The notes beneath the pieces were generated by a model. It ran no database searches, was not told the DNA's origin, and worked only from the letters and a program-made list of their open reading frames with translations. The translations under genes were made by a program, and so were the position numbers. Positions 8,450-15,313 of a stretch of DNA of 64,000 nt are shown piece by piece. The stretch comes from an uncultured Bacteroidota bacterium (GTDB lineage Bacteria > Bacteroidota > Bacteroidia > Flavobacteriales_F > PHOS-HE28): the NCBI GenBank assembly GCA_902826215.1, contig CADEDY010000004.1, forward strand, positions 68,667 to 132,666, read 5' to 3'. The stretch's first letter is position 1. Every line of letters starts with the position of its first letter.

Positions 8450-9315
8450 TACAACTCCGTCAGCCGTCCATACGTCTCCGGCCTCCGATCCCTGAAGAAC
8501 TGCCATGTGCTCCGCACCTCCTCGATCATGTCCAGGTCGAATTCTGCGACGAGCAGTTCATCGTCATCACGCGAGGCTTGCTTGAAGATCTGTCCGCGCG
8601 GATCCACGAAGTAGCTCTGCCCATAGAACTTGCCGAGGTTCCAAGGCTTCTCCTCCCCTACACGGTTGATGCAGCCCATGAAGTAGCCGTTCGCCGCAGC
8701 GTGCGCGGGTTGCTCCAGCTTCCAGAGGTATTCGCTGAGACCAGCCACGGTGGCGCTGGGGTTGTAGACGATCTCGGCACCGTTGAGGCCAAGGCAACGC
8801 GCGCCATCGGGGAAATGGCGGTCGTAGCAGATGTACACGCCCACCTTGGCGTACTTCGTCTGGAACACCGGATAGCCGAGGTTGCCGGGCTTGAAGAAGA
8901 ACTTCTCCCAGAAACCGCTCGTGTGCGGGATGTGGTTCTTGCGGTACTTGCCCAGGTAGGTGCCATCCGCATCGATCACCGCGGCGGTATTGTACAGCAC
9001 GCCGGCCTGCTCCTTCTCGTAGATCGGAACGATGATCACCATGTTGTACTTCTTCGCGTACTGCGCCATCAGCTCCGTGGTGGGACCGGGCACGCTCTCC
9101 GCGCTCTCGTACCATTTCCGGTCCTGGCCCGGGCAGAAGTAGGGCGTGTTGAAGATCTCCTGCAAACACAGGATCTGCACGCCTTGCTGGCCGGCCTTCT
9201 CGATGTACGGGATGTGCTTCTGCACCATCGCATCGATGATCTCCGGTATGGTGCCTTCGCCCTCCGTCTTAGGGAGGCTCATCTGGATAAGGCCGCTCTT
9301 GATGTTCCTCGGCAT
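8449..9315 (-). CDS. Beta-ureidopropionase (N-carbamoyl-beta-alanine amidohydrolase), nitrilase/CN-hydrolase superfamily
   Basis: CN-hydrolase fold with the catalytic Glu-Lys-Cys context (…ILCLQEIF…, …YRKNHIP…, …VGVYICYDRHFPD…). Sits in the pyrimidine-catabolism operon. Confidence 0.85.
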   Translation of the reverse strand: MPRNIKSGLIQMSLPKTEGEGTIPEIIDAMVQKHIPYIEKAGQQGVQILCLQEIFNTPYFCPGQDRKWYESAESVPGPTTELMAQYAKKYNMVIIVPIYEKEQAGVLYNTAAVIDADGTYLGKYRKNHIPHTSGFWEKFFFKPGNLGYPVFQTKYAKVGVYICYDRHFPDGARCLGLNGAEIVYNPSATVAGLSEYLWKLEQPAHAAANGYFMGCINRVGEEKPWNLGKFYGQSYFVDPRGQIFKQASRDDDELLVAEFDLDMIEEVRSTWQFFRDRRPETYGRLTEL

Positions 9316-9327
9316 GGGTTGAATGAT

Positions 9328-9370
9328 TGGAACGCTGATGACGCTGATTTAGGTGATCCGCGCTGATGGG
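9328..9370. repeat. ~45-bp repeat family copy (atggaacgctgatgacgctgatttaggtgatccgcgctgatggg)
   Basis: Direct repeat of 9444-9491. Located immediately upstream of the beta-ureidopropionase start. Confidence 0.6.
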
Positions 9371-9443
9371 TCTTGGGTTGCTGGAACCAATGTTAAGAGG
9401 AAGTACGCGCATTTCCTAGACTGGTCCAGGTGGGTGCGGAAGG

Positions 9444-9491
9444 ATGGAACGCTGATGACGCGGATTAGGCTGATCAACGCGGATCTAAGGG
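9444..9491. repeat. ~45-bp repeat family copy (atggaacgctgatgacgcggattaggctgatcaacgcggatctaaggg)
   Basis: Shares the GAACGCTGATGACGCGGAT core. Confidence 0.6.
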
Positions 9492-9519
9492 ACTGTTGGG
9501 TTGGACTAGGGTGATGTTT

Positions 9520-9610
9520 GGGCGTGCCCCTCGCAAAAGCCTCGGGTCGGGCTATCCGCTATACTCCTCGCTCGTTCCTCGCTGCGGGGTGCCGCTTCTA
9601 TCCCTCAGGC
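9520..9610. repeat. ~95-bp intergenic repeat family, copy 1 (GGGCGTGCCCCTCGCAAAGCCTCGGGTCGGGCTATCCGCTATACTCCTCGC...CTGCGGGGTGCCGCTTCTATCCCTCA)
   Basis: Near-identical to 11771-11897. Matches 14836-14933 and 10136-10262 in reverse complement. Confidence 0.7.
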
Positions 9611-9632
9611 AAGCGCTATAATATCAACCATA

Positions 9633-10121
9633 TCACCGGACTGGCCTATCCAATACTCGCAATGCCGCATCCGTAAGATTCGTCCGAGCAGGATGCCCCA
9701 TTCCTAAGAAGACCTTGAGCTTTTCGCCTAGAGTTTCTGGGGCAAGATCCTCCACGCTCCACATTGCTTGTCCCATCACTTCCGGAGGCCACAGCAACAT
9801 TGTGTCCCACCTTGCTGAACCCGTAAGTCTCGATGCAATTTCAGTCCCCAAGTACTCCGTGAGCAACTGCAACATGACCTCTCTTCCCTTTGCGTAAAAG
9901 GAGACCTGTTTGCAGTCCTTCTTCGACATGTAGAAGACGATAAACCAATCATCAATAACAGGTCCTTCCGCCGTCGTGTATTCTCCGATCAGGCGAACAT
10001 CGCTCAACACGATTTCCCCCACACGTTCGCCTTGGATCTCCCAAATCAGCTTACCACCCTCGCTGAAGACTCTACCCGAGAGTTCGGCTTCATCTCGCTC
10101 GGTCTTGCTCTTGACAGTCAT
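9633..10121 (-). CDS. Hypothetical cytoplasmic protein (no recognisable domain), start placed at MTVKSK
   Basis: 162-aa ORF between the beta-ureidopropionase and dihydropyrimidinase genes, flanked on both sides by copies of the ~95-bp repeat. The longer 198-aa ORF in the track would begin inside a repeat copy. Confidence 0.4.
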   Translation of the reverse strand: MTVKSKTERDEAELSGRVFSEGGKLIWEIQGERVGEIVLSDVRLIGEYTTAEGPVIDDWFIVFYMSKKDCKQVSFYAKGREVMLQLLTEYLGTEIASRLTGSARWDTMLLWPPEVMGQAMWSVEDLAPETLGEKLKVFLGMGHPARTNLTDAALRVLDRPVR

Positions 10122-10135
10122 CCTTGAGGAGTTAT

Positions 10136-10262
10136 GGATTTCGCGTGAGCGATTGCAGCGGAAAGCCCACAGCGCGGTAATCCGCGCGAGGACTTGCAGG
10201 CCCGGGTCGGAGCCCGGGCTGAACTCCAAGCGCGACGGCGAGTCTTCGAGCCGGCACGCCCA
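10136..10262. repeat. ~95-bp repeat family, diverged copy (reverse orientation)
   Basis: The reverse complement ggttttgggcgtgccggctcgaag...gtcctcgcgcg...cgctgtgggctttccgctgcaatcgctcacgcgaaatcc aligns with the copy at 14836-14933. Confidence 0.5.
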
Positions 10263-10278
10263 AAACCTTCCTCATCTG

Positions 10279-10328
10279 CATTTCATATCAGCGTTAATCT
10301 GCCCGATCCGCGTCATCTGCGTTCCATC
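10279..10328. repeat. ~45-bp repeat family copy (reverse complement: gatggaacgcagatgacgcggatcgggcagattaacgctgatatgaaatg)
   Basis: Same GGAACGCAGATGACGCGGATC ... GCTGATATGA organisation as 7888-7934. Confidence 0.6.
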
Positions 10329-10331
10329 TTT

Positions 10332-11711
10332 TCAAAGCATCCCGCTCACCTTGTTCCGCTTCACAAAGCTCCCATACCCCTTCTTGATCCGCACTTCGCC
10401 GTTGTGTACCGCCACCTGGCCGCGGAGGATGGTGGTCTTCACCTTGCCGGTGAGTTGCATGCCTTCGTAGCCGCTGTAGTCCACGTTCATGTGGTGCGTT
10501 TTGGCGCTGAGGGTGTGGCGCTCGTTGGGGTCGAGCAGGATGATGTCCGCGTCGCTGCCGATTCCGATGGTGCCTTTGCGCGGGAACATGCCGAAGATCT
10601 TCGCCGGGTTGGTGGCGGTGACTTCCACGAACTTGTTCACGGTGATGCGCTTCTTGTTCACGCCTTCGCTGAAGAGCAGTTCCATGCGGTGCTCGATGGC
10701 GGGGTGACCGTTCGGGATCTTCGAGAAATCGGCCGAGCCCATGGCCTTCTGCGCCATCATGAAGGGGCAATGGTCGGTGGCCACCACTTGCAAGCTGCCT
10801 TGTTCGATGCCGGCCCAGAGCTGCGTTTGATCCTTTTTCTCGCGTAGCGGCGGGCTCATCACCCACTTGGCGCCGTCGGCCCGTTCGTAGAGCGAGGCAT
10901 CGAGCAGCAGGTATTGGATGCAGGTCTCGGCGAGCACGCGCTGGCCCCGGCGCGCAGCATCGCGCACGGCGTTGAGCGCGCCTTCGCAGGTGAGGTGTAC
11001 GATGTACGCGGGCACGCCAGTGTAGCTGGCCATGTCGCAGAAGCGGTGACTGGCCTCGGCTTCGGTGATCTCCGGCTGGCTGAGGTAGTGGTACAGCGGC
11101 GAGAGCTTGCCTTCGCTGCGATGCTTCTGCACGAGGTAGTCGATCATGTCGCCGTTGGTGGCGTGTACGATCACCATGCCGCCGTGCTCCTTCACCTCCT
11201 GCATCAGGCCCACCATCTGGCGGTCGTCGATCATGAGCGCGCCCTTGTACGCCATGAAGGTCTTGAAGCTGGTGATGCCTTCCTGCTCGATCATCGTGCG
11301 CACTTCCTTCTTCGTGTCGTCGTTGAAATCGGTGACGGCCATGTGGAAGCTGAGGTCGCCGTAGAGGTTGCCGTTCATGCGGCCCTGCCAGCTTTCCAGC
11401 GCGTGGCGCAGGCTCTTGCCTTGTGTTTGCAGGATGAAGTCGATCACCGTCGTGGTGCCGCCATGCAGCGCGGCCAGCGTGCCGGTCTCGTAGTTGTCGC
11501 TGCTGAAGGTGCCCATGAAGGGCATGTCCAAATGCACGTGCGGATCGATGCCTCCAGGGAGCACGAACTGGCCTTTCGCGTCGATCACTTCGGCGTCGGG
11601 TGCATGCAGATCATGCCCGATGGCCTTGACGTGTTCGCCTTCGATGAGGACGTCGGCGCGGTGGAAGTCGGCGGCGGTGACGACGGTTCCGTTCTTGATG
11701 AGGAGGCTCAT
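10332..11711 (-). CDS. Dihydropyrimidinase / D-hydantoinase (cyclic amidohydrolase)
   Basis: MSLLIKNGTVVTA...VLPGGIDPHVHLDMPFMGT...: metal-binding HxH and the amidohydrolase-superfamily pattern. 459 aa. Confidence 0.9.
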   Translation of the reverse strand: MSLLIKNGTVVTAADFHRADVLIEGEHVKAIGHDLHAPDAEVIDAKGQFVLPGGIDPHVHLDMPFMGTFSSDNYETGTLAALHGGTTTVIDFILQTQGKSLRHALESWQGRMNGNLYGDLSFHMAVTDFNDDTKKEVRTMIEQEGITSFKTFMAYKGALMIDDRQMVGLMQEVKEHGGMVIVHATNGDMIDYLVQKHRSEGKLSPLYHYLSQPEITEAEASHRFCDMASYTGVPAYIVHLTCEGALNAVRDAARRGQRVLAETCIQYLLLDASLYERADGAKWVMSPPLREKKDQTQLWAGIEQGSLQVVATDHCPFMMAQKAMGSADFSKIPNGHPAIEHRMELLFSEGVNKKRITVNKFVEVTATNPAKIFGMFPRKGTIGIGSDADIILLDPNERHTLSAKTHHMNVDYSGYEGMQLTGKVKTTILRGQVAVHNGEVRIKKGYGSFVKRNKVSGML

Positions 11712-11770
11712 GGATCAGAAAATCAGATGATCAGACGATCAGTTGATCGAATGCGGTTCCAAGATAATGA

Positions 11771-11897
11771 GGGCGTGCCCCTCGCAAAGCCTCGGGTCGG
11801 GCTATCCGCTGTACTCCTCGCAGGGGCGATGCATGCTCTTCCTTCGGGCGAAGCATGCTTCGCCCCTACTGCGGGGTGCCGCTCCTATCCCTCACGC
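11771..11897. repeat. ~95-bp repeat family, copy 2, carrying an internal 16-bp perfect palindrome GCGAAGCATGCTTCGC
   Basis: gggcgtgcccctcgcaaagcctcgggtcgggctatccgctgtactcctcgc...ctgcggggtgccgctcctatccctcacgc. The 3' end of the element supplies the last codons and the TAG stop of the NCS1 permease. Confidence 0.7.
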
Positions 11898-13552
11898 AGC
11901 ACACGTTTACCCTTCAACGCCCAATACACGGCGAACGCCACACCCGTTCCGCTGAACCACGAGAGCGTGTAGAGGACCTCCAGCGGCTTCACCCAATATC
12001 CGATGATGGCAACGAACACACCAGCCACCAAAGCCACGATGGCTGCTCTGTTCACACCCGCGTGCGGTCCATCCTCCATGTACAGGTCAGCGATCACCAA
12101 CGTGCGCTTGCGGATGATAAAGTAGTCGCAGAGCAGGATGCCGAGCACGGGGCCGAGCAGTCCGCTGATGAAGATGAGGATCCCGCTGATCTCGTTCATC
12201 AACCACCACGGGCAGATGATGATGCCAACGAGTCCCGCCATAACACCACCAACACGGAAGCTGATCTTCTTCGGGAACAAATTGCTGAACGCATTCGCCG
12301 GTGCGATCACGTTCGCCGCGATGTTGGTGCTGAGCGTAGCGATGAGCATGGCGATCTGCGCGAAGATGACCACACCCGGGCTCTTGAACTTGTCCACCAG
12401 CGAGACCGGATCCCACGGCGCATCCTCGGCGATGAGCACATCATCGAAGGCCACCACGGCCGCGCTGGTGACGAAGATGCCCACGAACGAATAGAAGAGC
12501 ATGGTTCCCGGTAGCCCGATGAACTGTCCGGCTAACTGGTCCTTCTGGCTCTTCGCATGGCGTGTGATGTCGGAAATACTGATGGACATGGTGGCCCAGA
12601 AACCGACCATGGCGGTGAACCACATCAGGTATTGCCAATAGCCGACCTCGCTTGCACCGGCACTGTCGGCCTTGAACTCCAGCTTGGCCGACTCATGACC
12701 TTCCGCATCCTTGAACTGGATTTGCACCTGCGCATCCATGCCGATGTTGATTGCGGTCATCGGCGCGGTGATCGGCATCCATTCGCCCGGCCTGGTTTCG
12801 TTTTGCCTTGGATAGCTCAACCGATAGTGTGTGGCCTTCGGCGTGCCATCGGTGTTCAAGAGCGGTGACAATTGTAACGTGCGGCCGGGCGCATCGGCGT
12901 AAGGCAACTGCGTGATCGTGCTTTGCTGTAATTGCTTCCCTTGCTCCAATGCATTGGCAAAACCACCCGCACTATTCGCGCCCCACACGATCAGCACGAT
13001 GCCGATCAGGATCAATATCGGCGCACTCCAGTCCTCGAGCCAACGGATGCTCTCGGTGCCTTTCCAGATGAACCAGATGTTGATGAGCCAGAACACGCCG
13101 AAGCAGATGAACTTGCCGATGCTCAGCGCCACATCACCTTCCTGACCTGTTGCCGCGTTCCAGATGGAGTAGATCGCCAGCCCACCGATCCACGTCTGCA
13201 CACCGAACCAGCCGCAGGCGACGATGGCGCGGAGCAGACTCGCGATATGGATGCCTTGCGTCCCGAAAGCCGCTCGCCCTTGCACGGGGAACGGGATACC
13301 GTACTTCACGCCCGCATGACCGTTCAATACCATCGGTATGGTGATCACCAAGTTCGCCAGGCCGATGATCACCAAGGCCGCCCGCCAGCTGAGGCCCGCA
13401 CGCATCATGTACGAAGCGAGCAGGTAGGTGGGGATGCACACCGCCATGCCCACCCACAGCGCGGCGAGGTTCCACTTGGTCCAGGTGCGCTGCTCGGGCG
13501 GGATGGGCGCGAGGTCCGGGCTGTAGAGCGGGGAACGGGTGATATCTTCCAT
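11885..13552 (-). CDS. NCS1-family nucleobase:cation symporter (cytosine/uracil/hydantoin permease-like) with a ~95-aa hydrophilic insertion
   Basis: 12 predicted TM segments with the NCS1 pattern (…WNLAALWVGMAVCIPTYLLAS…, …GIPFPVQGRAAFG…). Start assigned to MEDITRSP at 13552. An alternative ATG 15 codons upstream at 13597 is not excluded. Confidence 0.8.
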   Translation of the reverse strand: MEDITRSPLYSPDLAPIPPEQRTWTKWNLAALWVGMAVCIPTYLLASYMMRAGLSWRAALVIIGLANLVITIPMVLNGHAGVKYGIPFPVQGRAAFGTQGIHIASLLRAIVACGWFGVQTWIGGLAIYSIWNAATGQEGDVALSIGKFICFGVFWLINIWFIWKGTESIRWLEDWSAPILILIGIVLIVWGANSAGGFANALEQGKQLQQSTITQLPYADAPGRTLQLSPLLNTDGTPKATHYRLSYPRQNETRPGEWMPITAPMTAINIGMDAQVQIQFKDAEGHESAKLEFKADSAGASEVGYWQYLMWFTAMVGFWATMSISISDITRHAKSQKDQLAGQFIGLPGTMLFYSFVGIFVTSAAVVAFDDVLIAEDAPWDPVSLVDKFKSPGVVIFAQIAMLIATLSTNIAANVIAPANAFSNLFPKKISFRVGGVMAGLVGIIICPWWLMNEISGILIFISGLLGPVLGILLCDYFIIRKRTLVIADLYMEDGPHAGVNRAAIVALVAGVFVAIIGYWVKPLEVLYTLSWFSGTGVAFAVYWALKGKRVLREG

Positions 13553-13621
13553 GCGACTTGTTCGGTACAGCAATGTAATCGGAATCGAACGTTCCATTCG
13601 GAAGCGTGTACTTCGTACTGC

Positions 13622-14338
13622 ATGGGCCGCCTCACCACCCTACTCCTTATTTGTACACTCCTGTGCGTTTCGACCGTTCGCGCACAAAAGACAGTCTACT
13701 TCCCCGTGCGTGGTGTGACCTGGCCGGTATGCGAAAGCGTACCCGATGCCTTTGTCCATCGCGTACGCCACGTCCTCGCCGATAGCGCGAAGATGTTCCC
13801 CGAATATCCGGACCCGGTGCCCTTCACCTGCGACCTCCTCAAAGGCCTTCAAGAAGCGATGACCGATGATTCCGTACGCTACCACTTCGAGCGTCTGTCG
13901 CAGCGCTATTGGTCGGTCGGTCCCCACTATAACAACGTAGAGCGCTACATCGATCGACACATTGACTTTCACTTGGCCATCGCATGCACAGGGCACTTCT
14001 TCTGCGACGTGCGCATCATGGGCCTGAAGAAGCTCTACGACTACCGACGCATGCGGCCGATGGTTTGCGCGACGCAAGAGCACTACGTCCAATTGGAAAA
14101 GCAGGATCGGCAAGCCGTGCGCTACCTGATCCATGTGCTGGAGAACACGCCGTGGAGCATCAGTGGCAGCGAGAACGCGACCATCCACGAGGTCTACATC
14201 CGGGAGATCGCCAAGACGCTCGATCTGTTCACCGGACAAGAACACGTCGACCCCAAGGATCTGCGGCAGTACCTGCCGCTCACCGATGAGAAGTTGCGCG
14301 TAGCGCTGATCGATTGGCGGAAATGGCTCGACCCATGA
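13622..14338 (+). CDS. Secreted hypothetical protein (signal peptide MGRLTTLLLICTLLCVSTVRAQ)
   Basis: The longer track ORF 12932-14338 overlaps the permease on the opposite strand. The first ATG followed by a signal peptide is at 13622. Confidence 0.5.
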   Translation: MGRLTTLLLICTLLCVSTVRAQKTVYFPVRGVTWPVCESVPDAFVHRVRHVLADSAKMFPEYPDPVPFTCDLLKGLQEAMTDDSVRYHFERLSQRYWSVGPHYNNVERYIDRHIDFHLAIACTGHFFCDVRIMGLKKLYDYRRMRPMVCATQEHYVQLEKQDRQAVRYLIHVLENTPWSISGSENATIHEVYIREIAKTLDLFTGQEHVDPKDLRQYLPLTDEKLRVALIDWRKWLDP

Positions 14339-14832
14339 GGTGTTTGTTGATCCTTGCATTCTGTACCGCGAACGCCTTGTGCGCGCAGGATGCTGATGCC
14401 CTGGCACGAGCACTTGAACGCAAGAGTCCACGCGCATTGGACCGCTGGATGAAGCGCGAACTGCATGAGCACCGCAAAGGCACGCGGATAACCTCACCGG
14501 GTAGTAGCTACACGAGCCACTCCGCTACCTACGACACCCTTGTCGCTTGGCTGCGGCTACAACCCGGCGTGGTGGATGCCGAATGGGACCGCTGCATCGG
14601 CAAGCTCGATCTCTGGCCAGGGCACTCCACCATCGGTGTGCAGGTGCGGCTTGGTGGTGTGGTGCGCGAGCGCTGCTACACGTTGCAGGAAGGACGGCCC
14701 GGCACCATCAAACTACCCGGCTGGCGGCCGAAAGTGCGGAAGACGCGGGAAGAGTTGAAGCTGGTGGGGATAAGGGAATGCGCGGGGTTCGTGACGGAGC
14801 AGCGAGGGTATTGCGCGGGGTTGTCGCGATGA
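14335..14832 (+). CDS. Secreted hypothetical protein (signal peptide MRCLLILAFCTANALCAQ)
   Basis: Its ATG overlaps the upstream stop (ATGA at 14335-14338), indicating translational coupling with the preceding gene. Confidence 0.45.
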   Translation: MRCLLILAFCTANALCAQDADALARALERKSPRALDRWMKRELHEHRKGTRITSPGSSYTSHSATYDTLVAWLRLQPGVVDAEWDRCIGKLDLWPGHSTIGVQVRLGGVVRERCYTLQEGRPGTIKLPGWRPKVRKTREELKLVGIRECAGFVTEQRGYCAGLSR

Positions 14833-14835
14833 AGG

Positions 14836-14933
14836 AATTCGCGTGAGCGATCGAAGTGGAAAGCCCACAGCGAGGCACGAGCGAGGACTTGCAACGAAGA
14901 GCGCGACCCGAGGCTTTGCGAGGGGCACGCCCC
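14836..14933. repeat. ~95-bp repeat family, copy 3 (reverse orientation)
   Basis: The reverse complement ggggcgtgcccctcgcaaagcctcgggtcgcgctcttcgttgcaagtcctcgctcgtgcctcgctgtgggctttccacttcgatcgctcacgcgaattcc matches the 9520 and 11771 copies. Confidence 0.65.
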
Positions 14934-14935
14934 AA

Positions 14936-15313
14936 TTAGAAAGATGGATCACCGCGACGCTGCAAATCCGCAACAGCTCCTGTGCATGAGAGAATCCAGG
15001 AGCCCATTTTGGCAAAGTCCAAGCTGAAGGCCACAGTATCCTTACCAGTTTCGATATCGAACATCTCAGGCCGCGAAATGGAGAGAAGCCATCCACCAAC
15101 AACCGAACCGGCTTCAGTTCCGTTTGATTCGACGATCTCGGCTTGAGAGAACGTGAGCTTCAGTCGACGATGTTCTGAAGTTAGGATAATCACGATCGTA
15201 GGACCCATGCGAAGGTCTTCGATCACGAAGTCCCGAATGTCCAGTTCCTCCTCGTTGATCACGAAGTCCACGACTGGAACGAAACCTACGACGTCGATGA
15301 GATCAAAGACCAT
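14936..15313 (-). CDS. Hypothetical acidic protein, last gene of the beta-alanine/pyrimidine operon
   Basis: Open frame abutting the aminotransferase stop. No recognisable motif. Confidence 0.35.
   Translation of the reverse strand: MVFDLIDVVGFVPVVDFVINEEELDIRDFVIEDLRMGPTIVIILTSEHRRLKLTFSQAEIVESNGTEAGSVVGGWLLSISRPEMFDIETGKDTVAFSLDFAKMGSWILSCTGAVADLQRRGDPSF

Noticed and set aside
8578-9366. 262-aa plus-strand ORF, and 8567-9169 minus-strand ORF
   Set aside because: Alternative frames overlapping the clearly homologous beta-ureidopropionase gene. Arg/Ala/Leu-rich GC artefacts.
10914-11972. 352-aa plus-strand ORF
   Set aside because: Antisense to the dihydropyrimidinase gene and running through the ~95-bp repeat, which gives the repeat-derived peptide GVPLAKPRV also seen in 14713-15102.
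12932-13621. N-terminal 230 codons of the 468-aa plus-strand ORF
   Set aside because: They overlap the NCS1 permease on the opposite strand. The genuine secreted protein begins at the signal-peptide ATG at 13622.
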